From Takakia lepidozioides (taxonomy: Eukaryota; Plantae; Bryophyta), in assembly GCA_030704615.1 (NCBI GenBank), contig CM060734.1, positions 186,001-250,000 of the forward strand: a stretch of 64,000 bases of DNA, read 5' to 3'. The notes under the pieces were generated by a model. The model was given only the letters and a program-made list of their open reading frames with translations. It had not been told where the DNA came from and made no database searches. Shown here one piece after another: positions 20,701-33,381 of this stretch; position 1 is the first letter of the stretch; each line of letters starts with the position of its first letter. A program made the translations under genes and the position numbers.

Positions 20701-23649
20701 GTTAGAAGGCATATGCCTTCATCCGGGCATGCCCACACAAGAGGTGTGGTTGTCCACTGGTAAACTGAGGTGGCGTGGTGCCAATCACCGCACTCCCTCA
20801 TTTCTTGACGGTACAAAGGCCTCTACCCAGGCTTGTTGAACCCGTCTATCAGCAGCGGGGGATGCCTCGGCATGAGCCTGGTCACGTGAGCGCGTGAGCA
20901 CAACTCGCGATCACGCCACGTCACATTGCGCCAATGCCAATTCACGGGACTCACTCCACGTCATCACACTTGAAGACCGCGTCACCATGCGCCCAGGAAG
21001 AAGTGGAGTGTATTCCCGCGGTTTGGCACCCTTTACCGCGGAAACAAGCTGGACGACATAATAAAAGGCAGTGGTCATTCCCACCTGAAAGCAACAGATG
21101 AATAAAGGATGGATGAATGTACAGTTGGATGATAAACAGATGGATGAGTGTGAAAAATGAATGTAGATGGATGAATGAGGGATGGATAAGAGTCAAATGG
21201 ATGAATGTATAATGGATGTTGAGCAATGAAAAACATTCATGACAGGAAGATGCATGACTAAAACTTTAGACAAATGCACAACGTATATGACATGAGTGTG
21301 GAAGGTTTGTGGGGTGGATTAAAGAGTACAGAGGATGAATGTACAATGGATGTTGAACAAAGGAAAACATTCATGAATGGAGCACACATGAATACACTGT
21401 AGATGAAAGCACAATGGATATGACAAGAGTGAGGGAGGTTTGTGAGATGGATTCATACATATTGCAATTTAAATGGTAGTTGATTCTTTGATTATTTTTC
21501 TTTCCAAAGGAACAACTACGTTGGAGGAAGGGGATTCAACGTTTTCCAAAGAGGATGAAACAGAATATTAAAAGAACATAGTTCAGTCTGACTCAGAGTC
21601 AGTACAATGTATCCCCGCTTCCTCTGCATCTAAGTCTAAGTATTTAAGAACTCCGGATCTACGCTGGCTATACCTACGGCCGGGCAATAAAAATTCAGGG
21701 GATAGGGACTCGGCCGCGTGAAGTGCCATTGCTTCGGCATAATCAGGAAGCAGAAAATTGGAAAGGGGGCTGTCGAAAACAGACTCGCCACAAATGATTG
21801 TATCTCCTGAAGATCCACCGCTGCCTTTCCTAAAAGACAGCCTGAAAAAAGTTATTACTGTAACTTTGATGTTATTGAGAAATTGAGTATGACTCCCAAA
21901 GTGGGTTTAGCACTTACTCACATGAAAAGTCGTTGTCGACCTGCTTATCTTCGGATCATCATCATTTCGAATTTGAATCCGATCAGTCTGTGTGCCTGAA
22001 GTGGAGCCAGACAAAAGGGGAGGAGCACTGTGTTGTAGAGGTCAGAATCACCCTCCATGCCAAAAAGGCTTCTTCCGCCTGCCTTGCATGCATGGTAAGT
22101 TGCTCCTGCACCAGACAGGAGGACATGAACAGTTCGGTGGGGGGATTTAAGTAGATGGAACTAGTGAAAGAAGAAGAATTAAAAGGAAGAGACAACCTGT
22201 GGACACGAAGAGCGCAATTCACCCTTGGACGAGATGATGCAGAGTGGCTCATGCTCCACCACAGTATTTGCATGAACGCTTGGATTTTTCCTTTGCACCT
22301 CTCAGGGAGTGGTCATCTGGTCTCTTCTTCAGAGTCTGACTGGACGCTGAGTTGTACAAAATGTCATCGACATGCGGCTCATATGGGGGGTTGAACGAAA
22401 CAACCCTGGTCAGAAATCTCAAAGCTGCGGATGGAGGATGGTGTCTTTGAGGTGCGAATCCTCCGCAGGCAGATCGCCTCGACATCCCTCGTCTGCCAAA
22501 GATAGCAGGTTAGTGTGGTAACACAATCTATAGTGGAAGTGTGTACACTCGGCTATTCAGACTCAGGCACAAAACAATCATTTTTATCACGAATCGGTGA
22601 TGATCGGTTCAATCATGACAGATTCCTCTAGAGTGGAGCTGCAGAGAACATTGAAAATCATCATGAAATCACAAGCAGAAGGGAGATGGCATACCAGCTG
22701 ACCAGGAACCCCCTTTCACAAGGTAGAGGCTGTTCACACATTCCATTTCGCAAAACTTCAAACCCTGAGACTTTCAGGTATGATGCCAATGCCTGACGAC
22801 TATCTTTGTCACATGATTGAAAAAGCGAAAGTGGCCCTACATCAGAGAGGAATTATTACAGAACCCGAAACACCCAACTCCAGTAGTTGTCCCTCGAATT
22901 TGTTCCAGCCTGGCGTCTTGCCCTTTGGAAGAACTTCTGATCAGCCTGGCCATCCGGGTGATTTCGAGAATGACAATGGTCAGCCGCATATGTTTTTCTG
23001 GCACACCGCACACAAGGTGGGACCTGTGCTCACCTGCAACAGACATGTTTTTTTAAAGAACGATGGAAAGAATGTTTTCAAAGAACCAAACTGAAATACT
23101 GCCAATGAAACTTTCAAAGAAAAAGGAAAGAAACTGGAATTCTCACCAGATTGAGAATGAGATTATGTTGTCCAGGTAGGCGAAGGCACCCCAGTGTATC
23201 CTCTCTTTCGACTCTGCATCATCGACAGCCAACCCTCATTGACATTTTAATCTCTCCTGCCAAATCAGAACGGGGGGGGGGGGGGGGGCGGGAAGGGTCT
23301 TGCAACCAAACACGCACTGATTTGTGCGGGTATATCTTCCAGCAGTGAAATCCTGCCACATCTCCATCTCCTTTTCTTTCTCCTTCCCCTTACCATTCCT
23401 TTGCTTCATGGCTCTCCAATCCTCTCCTACGTAACATAGTCATGTATGGAGGCCTCAGTGATAAGCCCTGCTGGTTCTAAATCAGGTTGTTGTGCTAACA
23501 GTTTCTATCTAAACAATGAACCGAGTATTGGTGCTTCTGCTAGCTAATCACATTGCAAAGTTGGGCTTGCCCTTCAAAAATTTGACTTCAGGGGAATCCC
23601 ATGGCCCTGCATATTTTGCATTTCTCTTGCCTCACTTCGACAGCAACCT

Positions 23650-24760
23650 CGCTCCTTTCTGACACCATGTCCCCCTACTTATGCATGTCTATACACAAAC
23701 ACATCAACACAATGCAACCTCAGCAATTCCATTCTACAACATCTGGCTCACCAATACCATCCTAACTGACAGGATATACTCTTACCTATATCCCCCACAG
23801 GCCTGGCCTATACTCTGCCGACCACATACCCCTGCACCATTACATCCCTCTATCACTCTTCCATGCCGAACCTTTTTTTTTTTTCCATACAATTACCAAC
23901 ACACATACCCCCTCTACCCGCATCTCAATATCAGTTTACATATGGGCTTCCTTGAACTGGTTACACCACAACTTCCCCTCCAACCTGACCGTTTCCTGCT
24001 TAGAAAATTCAACACAATTTGGTCACAGCCATGTAACTCAGACCACCCCGCTAAAATACACACTCCCCTATACACATGGGCACCTATCCGCAACCTACAC
24101 TCACACCTCATATGCCCCCCACAAATTGCCCCTCATATCATACTGCCAAACTACCCAGCATCCCCCATCCTGAAATATACCTCTAACAGTCAAAGTCTAC
24201 CACCACACCCACCATCCCCCAACAATTCTTATTCACATGTCAACACAACATCACATTACACAGTCTTCTCCCAAGCCCTACAAACCTATTACCAACTCCC
24301 TCCCTTGCCTTAACCATCCCCTTTTTGCAATGCATATAGTACCAAAATCTCCTAGCCGCCTCCTCTCTTCATACTCCTCTATCATTGCCTAGACAAACTC
24401 TGATATTGTCCCCTCCCCCCCCTTGGTATCAATGGCCAGTACATTGCTGCATTTAATACTTCTCACTGCCAGCCTCATCACCATATCTTTACCACTATGC
24501 CAGCCATCACTACAACCCTCTCCCGCTCTATCCAAAGACTTGGTTACCACACAAACTGCCTGGCCCTCAGTAATTATGCGGCCAAACTTAATACATGGAC
24601 TAATCCCACCACCCCTACATTGAACGTTCTTAACTTCCCCAAGCCGCCAGAGCTTTATTCCAAGCCCACAATCTCGCCAACTTGCCATCATACTACATAA
24701 TATACATTTGCCGCACCTCGACGCAAGCCTCACACTTCCAGCTGCTCTCCCTGGATGCCA
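23650..24760 (+). mobile_element. Decayed LINE fragment, probably the same Dualen-like family (region between RT and RNase H)
   Basis: C/A-rich sense strand like the other Dualen-like pieces. PNYPASPILKY resembles the PTLKF..CIYTDGS context near 1110-1135. Confidence 0.45.
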
Positions 24761-24936
24761 CAGCCAAACCATCAGCTTTCTACACCCTCTCTTGCCAGAT
24801 TTTTCTCTCCTCTTTTGTTAGCACTCTTCACTAATCCAATTCTTCACATAGTGGTTCTTCACTGCCCTATTTCCTCTCTGCCTGCAGTACCCATGTCTTC
24901 CCTCCCAATTACATCCCCCAAGGCACGACCCCAAAA

Positions 24937-26000
24937 CATGGCTTCCAAGAAAAAATTGTTTGTGGAGAGTTTAGTCACGCCCACCCCCATGGCTCCTGAG
25001 ACTACACCACGCAAGCAATCCACTGTCACAACCAACCACAACATCTCCCCGGTACCACCCACACCAGCCAGCACCAATTCAACAAGTCAGCAACAACACC
25101 TTGAATGCCCGACACTTCGGTCGACGTACTGGCGGCCCCTCCCAGCAATCGACCTACGGCAATTTCTCCCTCACCCAGCCAGCGCCAGTACAAACGATCT
25201 TCATGGGAGGTCACTAGTGCAGATACTCCAGCTCCCTCGGACTCGAAAAAGTCTAGAAATCAGCACACTGAGGCCCAGGAGCAACAACCTTTGGAAGTCA
25301 CCAGCCAAAAAAAGGCCCTACACCTCTGGTACGGGTATCAGAACATGGAAATGTACGCTTACGAGAACAACGTCCCATGGATCACCGAGACACGCATCAA
25401 GGAGCAGCTGCTACTTCTGGGCATCCCTCCATCCGAGTGCGAGGAACTCATCCATTGCAAGAAAGCCTTTCCGAGAGTCCCTCAGAGACTCTACCCATCC
25501 ACTTGGCTAGATGGTCTCGATGGTCAATTCCTCCATCTCACGCAACTACCCACAGGTACAATCATCAACAATGATTTTGGTCTCCCCGCTAACCCCTACC
25601 ATTAAATGATTTGCTTCGATTCCAGTGTCGAATTGCATAAGGATCTGATCCACGTCAGGGTGACTGATCGGCGTTTCCCGGACATGAACATCCCCCTAGG
25701 TATTGTACTCTTCGCCCCAATCTCTGTCTATTCTAAGCTTGCTACACAGATATGGTCAGGGCTCATAAAGGTTGAACTCTACAACCCGAGGTAGATGGGC
25801 TGGCTCTGCTCCATGGCGACAGGCCTTTCATTCTCGAAATGGATCCTGAGGTCATGCTACAAGGAAAAGTTGAAAAGGCATACGACCTACTTGCCTCATC
25901 CGAACGGCTTTCCCTCTACTTTACTGACGTCATTCTACAAGGAACGGTGGGCACCCTGCTCGCTATGCATTTTATCACAGAGACCTTTGATGGGGAATGC
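24937..26000 (+). pseudogene. Decayed TE-associated ORF of unknown function (possibly LINE ORF1-like)
   Basis: Consecutive same-frame ORFs 25105-25605, 25606-25794 and 25795- are separated by single stops. No domain is recognised with certainty. Confidence 0.35.
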
Positions 26001-26394
26001 TAGAGTGTGAGCCCACCCCGCGAGCCCAGGAGCCCGTGAGCCTAGCCAGGCTCACGCCACGTCATGGTTTAATTTTGAACATGCAGGCCGTATTTCCACG
26101 GGATGCACCTATTTCCGCGGAATATTGCTCTTTATACAGTCAACCAAAAACCTTTTTTTTTTTTGGGTGGATTTACGGGCCTGTAAAACTGTGTGCGGCA
26201 ACACACACACACCCAATCTCCAATCTCCCCCCCCCCCCCCCAACAATTTTTTTTTAATAATAAATAAATAAAACGTTTTGGGTGGGTTTACGAGCCTAGA
26301 AAACTGTGTGCGTCAACGGGGCTGCCAAATGGGTGTTTTTTTTTTTGTTGCGACTAGTGGTGGGCTAGCTGCTACGGTGCATCCACCAGTCTAT

Positions 26395-26813
26395 ACTTCG
26401 CATCCCACAAAAAGGATGGCAAAACAGTACATCGTGTGCCCTCGGGACCTGATCACAATGCGAAGGTGGAAGCTGCCAGACTTTTTCAGGCTCGGGTAAC
26501 AAAAACTATGGAAGTTCCTTCACCTGGGTATGGACAGGTTTATACTTTGGTCACTTCTGGGTCTGTTTTGCATGACAGGGCATATCAGGTGACGGTGTGC
26601 AATTTTCTAGATTGTACTTGTCCGGATTTTGTGTCCATGCTTGAGGGCAGTCTCGGGAAGAGAGGGACATGGGTTCCCGGCAAGCATCTTTACTACATTT
26701 TTTTGCGCATGATGTATTGTGATCCCAAAAGAGACCAATTCATTCACCAGGCGACACTTGGTCCTAGCGAGGTGAAGAGACTTTTGCAGCGAGACAGTGG
26801 CAATAGTGAGTAG
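26395..26813 (+). pseudogene. Isolated SWIM zinc-finger C-terminus of a related Mutator-like transposase
   Basis: VPSPGYGQVY...YQVTVCNFLDCTCPDF...PGKHLYY...FIHQATL aligns with 36700-36990 (VPPPGLGRVY...CNCTDF...CKHLY...FIHAPAL). Confidence 0.75.
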
Positions 26814-27104
26814 TGTGGCATACGTTGTGATTTTTCGCCATGTCCAGGCAGGGCTGCACTGTTTGTAGAACTTCCTCTGTTTGTGGTGCTAGTGGCATTG
26901 GGTCCTAAACATGAACATTGTTTGTAACTCAATGTAGACATAGTTTCTGGTTTTCATGTTGGTTTTGTTATGAAGGATCTCGTTTCCTGTCTTCTTGTAG
27001 ACTCTTTTGCTGTGACTACATGGAACATGACATTTCCAAATGGTGAAGTTCTGCCATTGTTCTGTTAGTGACAGTAACCTCATTTCAAATAACACATTCT
27101 CACC

Positions 27105-27500
27105 CTCTTCACGATGATCCACAAATTTTTTGGAACCTCAATAAGCTTCACGATGATCATTTGATTTTTTTTCACCTTCTTCAATAACAAAAACCTGGAC
27201 AAGTTTCACAATGAGCGCTCATTTTTTTTTCACCTCTTCTTTAGAAACAAAGCCTAAATAAGCTTCATGATGACCATCCGCATTTTTTTCACCTCTCCTT
27301 CAATATTCCATCCATCCATCATCCATCCACCAGGATGGAATATTGCAAACCTCAGTAAGCTTCACAATGAACATCCAATTTTTTTTTTACCTCTTCTTCA
27401 GTAACAAACCCTAAATAAGCTTCATGATGACTTACCGAGTTTTTTTTTAACAAAACCTCAGTAAGCTTCACAATGAGCATCCATTTTTTCTATACCTCTT
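27105..27500. repeat. Degenerate ~55-60-bp tandem repeat (taagcttcacaatga...ttttttcacctc)
   Basis: About seven recurrences of aagcttca(c/t)(a/g)atga followed by a T-tract. Confidence 0.6.
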
Positions 27501-27599
27501 TTTTTAAGCGAAACACCCCCGGGAAGCACCAATGTTGGCCAACCCAGCTCTCTGATTCTCACTGAGTTCCCACAAAATGATTATGTCTAGTTACCACCA

Positions 27600-29490
27600 G
27601 TCTCAACCCTCTTGCTCCATCCTTACTAGATGCTAGCAGCCTCTCTGCTCAGTGCTACCAGTTGCTATGCTGCTCGTTGTGTTCTCTTTTGTGCTTCATA
27701 ACATGTACCCCTCAGGGCCTTGCCCATTTGCTTTAATCAGGTTCTCGCTCTCTCGCTATGACTACACCACCTCTCTGCTCGCCTCTCTGCGATCCCCTCA
27801 TTCTTGTACCAACCCGAAACTATACTCTCACCTCTCTTCCCTCAATCACCCAAGTCCCCATACTCACTCAGGTTGTCATACTCACAGTTCAAAGAGCCCA
27901 CAAACCTCACACTGTCAACTTGCGCGCTGCCACCCGACGGCACAGGGGCTCCTCACCAGCCACCTGTCTAGTCTCAGTCGCCATGTACCCCCCCCCCCCT
28001 TTTAAATTTGAATCAGTCCTCAAACATGCACTCACATTCTCCGTAAGCCCTATCCCCTCCCCGAATCATCTCAACGGCTCCAGCCGGTCCTACCCCCACC
28101 CACTCTTGACACCTGGCCGACTCTATTCCGGGCTCCAAGTATCGTACCCAGGCCTATTAATATGCCATTATCAAATAATCAACAGCTACCGCATCCCCCC
28201 GATGATACACCTCGCCCAGCAAATTAATGGTCCATACCCAACACTCATCTTACTACTACTACATCCACCCTCTCCAACATTCATCCATCACCATGCCCTT
28301 AACCACGCCAAAATCGCACCCCTTACTTATAACTGACACCACACCCTGCTATTTACCCCTACATTTTATAATACTCACACTATCACATCACCCATAACCC
28401 CTAACTTCATGTCACTCTCCACCTCTCTCCGCTATTATGCCGCACTCATAACTTTTCCATCCAACACTCAACTTATTAATACCCTCAATAACACCCATAC
28501 CCTAACCATACCAATTTTTTTATATATCACGGACATCATACCAAGTGTTTCCTTAAAGACCTACTTATATGCTCCACTACCATACCCGATGCACACTACC
28601 CCCACCAGAGGCCCATGAGATTAACCCCACCCCTCATTAATCCCTACCACATTAATGGTGGGATGGTCGTCCCTGCATGGTTCCCACCGGTGGTCTCTAC
28701 CCCCTCACAACTATTACAACGCACCCATTGGGCTATAAACGCCACATCAGGCATTCCCCTCCTCCATATATCTTTATCCCAACCCCCACACTCCCTGTAC
28801 ACTAGCCCCACCCTCACCTCTGAGACCATGCCACACCACATAAAAAATTAAATTAAAAGTAAAATTAAAACAAAGCGTTGCCGAAGCAAGCGTAACTTAT
28901 GGTGTCACTTGACCCCATAGGGCTACTGCCTTCCAGTGGGAAGGTGGACACCGTAATGACTTCCAACAGATGGATTGAACCCACAGCCACTCGTGAGAGG
29001 GTATGTGCCCTTACCACTGGGCTACATGTTGGTTGTTACCACATAAATATATCACAACACGCCCACTTCTACCCTCCCACACAACCCGGTGAGTTACTTA
29101 AAAAATATCACCCCATTCCCCATTTCCCTCATGAGCGATATCGCTATCTCCCCTTAGCATCTAAACATCACCTCCACCATCCTCCCTCGCCTAACACCAT
29201 GTATCGCAACCTCTGTATCACTCTCACCCTACTCAAATGCAGGGACATCCACCCCAATCCAGGACCTACATCTATATAAGATGGCATCATCAGCCCACTG
29301 CCACCTGACCAACAAGACCGATACGCACTGTACTTCTGCCCAAACAACATCTCCCTTGTTCGTACTTATCATCACCTATATGACCACTTCGCTCCTTCCC
29401 TCCCCACACTGCCCACCAATACCCACTTTCCCAAACAGACTGCCAGGCACTCCTTCTCCACCTTTGGACTTCCTACCCATCCTCACTCGG
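27600..29490 (+). mobile_element. 5' part of a decayed Dualen-like LINE, upstream of the APE domain
   Basis: C/A-rich sense strand containing LLKCRDIHPNPGP (~29230-29268), a motif typical just before non-LTR APE domains. It plausibly continues on the minus strand from 44738. Confidence 0.55.
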
Positions 29491-30829
29491 CACCTCTGTG
29501 GTGTCTTGTAGGGATCCACCGTCTCTGTGGGTCCCTCGCTTACATTGGCATCTGTCATTTGGGCACCCCTGGCCTCTTCAGCTGCCTTTTGTCTTTCCTC
29601 CTGCTAGCATTCTGTCTCGTCTGTTCTTTTGCCCTCTCTTTTTGCCCTCTCACGGGCTTTCTGTTTCTTACTAGGGCTAGCAGCAGGGAGCCCTCCAGGA
29701 CGACCACCTTTGATTGAGGCAAACTGACACCCTCGCCGCGCACTGCTTACTCCCCCCTCCGCAGCCCGTGACTGCTCTCTCGCCTGGGATTGCATGTGCT
29801 TCTTCTTTCTTTCTTCTTTTTCTTTGTGTGGGCGGGCCCTACTGCATGTGCATGAACAACCTCCATTGCCGGATCTGCTGTCCTCATGTCCTCACCCCTT
29901 CACCTGCCATGCCGCCTGCACCAACCTCCCCAATGCCTACTCTGTTGTAATCTCGTTGCAAGTCCTCCCGTCCACAACAAAAGGTTTAAGTTTGCCCTCT
30001 CGCCCCAAGTTGGGCGATTCAAACATGCGATGAGTTGGAGCTGTCGATGATACCATCAGCGTGCCGGGCTCGTCGTCACTCTGTCATTGACAAAAATCGT
30101 GAAAACCAACATCGGTGCAAAAAGCAGCATCGCAACGAGCAGCGCAACCACCATAGCAACAATCATGTAGCAAAAATGAAAACATAACAAGTTTAGGAAG
30201 TATGGAGAGCCATGCAACAACAATGAAAACAAATGCAACCATTGCCTAAGAATGACATGCACAAGCAGCCTTCTCCAGAGCTGCCGGATTTGCACACGCA
30301 TTGCAAACAATCTAAGGTTCACTCAACTATCTAAAGTTCACTCATACAGCAAAGCCAGGATGAAGATGCAAAAACAAAGCGAGGTAACAAAGCGAAAGCA
30401 AAAAATAATCGAACAAACCGAAAGCAGAAGTGGCTTGCCTGAGAGTACTCGCTTCAGTTGGCGCAGGTTGTGAGCAAGACACTGGAATCTCCTGCTGGAG
30501 CTTCAGTTTGGCCATGCGAGAGATTGGCCGTCGTCCGTAGTACAGAGCTTTCAACTTCCGCCGCGGTCTGGATGTGAGGTCTCTCTCAGGAGAGCCACGC
30601 CCTTCAGGCGGCATAAGTCCCAGCCAAAAAGATCTCCTTTTTTGGGGTACATGCCTGGAATACCATGTTAAGCCAAGTTTAGCATGAGATTTAGGGTACG
30701 TGTCCAGGAAGCCATGCGTCGCCAGCCCGAATAATAACCGACGGCCGTCGACATTTATTGCCCAACTGCGCAATTAAATGTCGGATGAAGCCCTCCATGT
30801 CGGATGAAAATCGACGTAAACAGTCCCGG

Positions 30830-33120
30830 AATTTCCAACGTAGAGGTAATTCGGAGCGCTGCACGATGGAATTCCGGCGACGGATTTCCATCCTGCAGGT
30901 AATTCGGAGCGCAGCAGGATGGATATCCGGCGCCGAATTTCCATCCGCGGAGGAAGGGCGGCGGTGGAAATTTCCCTCACGCAGGTAATTCGGAAACCCG
31001 CGGATGGAAATCCGGCGCCGAATTTCCATCCGCGGAGGTAGGGCGGCGGTGGAAATTTCCCTCACGCAGGTAATTCGCCCGCGGATGGAAATCCGGCGCC
31101 GAATTTCCATCCGCGGAGGTAGGGCGGCGCTGGAAATTTCCCTCACGCAGGTAATTCGGAAGCGCGCGGATGGAAATCCGGCGCCGAATTTCCATCCACG
31201 CAGGTAGGGCGGTGCGCCAAATTTCCCTCACGCAGGTAATTCGGAAGCCCGCGGATGGAAATCCGGCGCCGAATTTCCATCCGCGGAGGTAGGGCGGCGC
31301 TGGAAATTTCCCTCACGCAGGTAATTCGGAAGCGCGCGGATGGAAATCCGGCGCCGAATTTCCATCCGCGGAGGTAGGGCGGCGCTGGAAATTTCCCTCA
31401 CGCAGGTAATTCGGAAGCGCGCGGATGGAAATCCGGCGCCGAATTTCTATCCGCGCAGGTAGGGCGGTGCGCCAAATTTCCCTCAAGCAGGTAATTCGGC
31501 GCCGAATTTCCATCCTGCAGGTAATTCGAATCCCGGATGAATGGAAATTCGGCGCCGAATTTCCATCCAGCAGGTAAGTGGAATCTCGGATGGATGGAGA
31601 TTCGGCGCCGAATTTCCATCCAGCAGGTAAGTCGAATCCCTGCTGCATGGAAATTCGGCGCCGAATTTCCATCCAGCAGGTAAGTCCGATCGGTGCTGTA
31701 TGGATATTCGGCGCCGAATTTCCATTCGCCATGTATTTCTGCGCGTGGAATTACCTTCGTGCGAGTAATTCCCATATAAGAATTACCTTCCTGCAGGTAA
31801 TTCCCAGATGAGAATTACCTTCGTGTAGGTAATTATGGACGAGGAATTAACATCGATTGGAATTACCTGCAGGAAGGTAATTCTCATCTGAAAATTACCT
31901 GCACGAAGGTAATTCTCATCTGGGAATTACCTGCAGGAAGGTAATTCTTATATGGGAATTACCTGAACGAAGGTAATTCCTCGCGCAGAAATACATGGCG
32001 AATGGAAATTCGGCGCCGAATATCCATACGGCACCGATCGGACTTACCTGCTGGATGGAAATTCGGCGCCGAATCTCCATCCATCCGAGATTCCACTTAC
32101 CTGCTATTCCACTTCCCTGCTGGATGGAAATTCGGCGCCGAATCTCCATCCATCCGAGATTCCACTTACCTGCTGGATGGAAATTCGGCGCCGAATCTCC
32201 ATCCATCCGGGATTCCACTTACCTGCTGGATGGAAATTCGGCGCCGAATTTCCATCCGGGGGATGGTCTCTGTCGGAGAGGTGCCGCCTCTCCGCCGCTC
32301 TGTTGGATATTCGGTGCCGAATTTCCGTCCGGGGGTTGAAATATGACGGCCAGGTGCCGACCTCTCCCTTCTCCCCGACTGCATTGGAACGGCCCCGAAT
32401 TGAAATTCGGCGCCGTTTTCCCATCTGTGGAGGTTTTTATGTCGGCCAGTTTTTGGTCTGACCCCCCGACAAGACTTCCTTTGGGGGGGCCCGGATGGAA
32501 TTCGGCGCCGAATCTCCGTCCAGGGGATGTTCTCTGTCGCACACTCGCCGGCCTCTGCGCCCGAGGCGACTTCATTCGGGCGTCCCCTGTTCGATATTCG
32601 GTGCCGAATTTCCGTCCGGGGGTTGAAATGTGACGGCCAAGTGCAGGCCACTCCCCCCTCCCCGACTGCATCCGAACCGCCCCGGATGGAAATTCGGCGC
32701 CGTTTTTCCATCTGGGGATGTTTTTATGCCGTCCAGTTTTCGGCCTGACCCCCCGACACGACTCCCTTTGGGGGCCCGGATGGAAATTTGGCGCCGAATC
32801 TCCATCCAGGGGATGTTCTCTGTCGCACACACTCCGGCCTCTGTGCCCGAGTCGACTTCATCCGGGCTTCCTCTGTTGGAAATTCGGCGCCGTTTTTGCA
32901 TCCGCGGAGGTTTTTATGTCGGCCAATTTTCGACCTGACCCCCCGACAGGACTTCCTTTGGGGGGATCCGAATGGAAATTCGGCGCTGAATTTCCATCCG
33001 GGGGATGTTCTCTGTCGGACAGTGCCGGCATCTTTGCCCCAGACGACTTCATCCGTGCGGCCCCTGTTGGATATTGGGTGCCGAATTTCCATTCGGGGGT
33101 AGTAATGTGACGGCACGGTG
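30830..33120. repeat. Compound tandem arrays built on palindrome GGAAATTCGGCGCCGAATTTCC (85-bp x~7; 53-bp units on both sides of an inverted-repeat axis; ~96-bp units in a ~290-bp higher-order repeat)
   Basis: GGCGCC cores at 30929, 31014, 31095, 31180, 31265, 31350, 31435, then 31551, 31604, 31657, 31710, then ~95-96-bp spacing from 32313 to 33077. Confidence 0.95.
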
Positions 33121-33381
33121 CCGGCTTCTCCCCTTCAGCCGACATCATCCGGACGGCCCCCCACTTTCTGACTACATACCGTTGGCAGTTATTGCGCAAA
33201 GACCAGGGGCCGCATTCCGGAGACAAGGTTCATTAACACTCTGACTGTGGATTTTTGAGATAGTTGGCTCCCTGGATTTGGATCAGGCTTCGTCGCTCGG
33301 ACAAATCGGCACCGCATTCCTTCCCATCGTTGCATCCCCCTTCTACCAAGGAGCTTCCCCGCACGCCATCCTGGCAGTCTT

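Noticed and set aside
21600-23100. Possible decayed multi-exon gene on the minus strand
   Set aside because: No recognisable domain or consistent exon chain could be built.
30056-30322. Hydrophobic 88-aa membrane-protein ORF
   Set aside because: Reverse complement of a CAA-rich low-complexity stretch, with no recognisable homology.
30830-33120. CRISPR array (palindromic repeats at regular spacing; also 46880-47775 and 61259-62590)
   Set aside because: Spacers within each array are near-identical rather than unique, no cas genes are present, and the context is eukaryotic.
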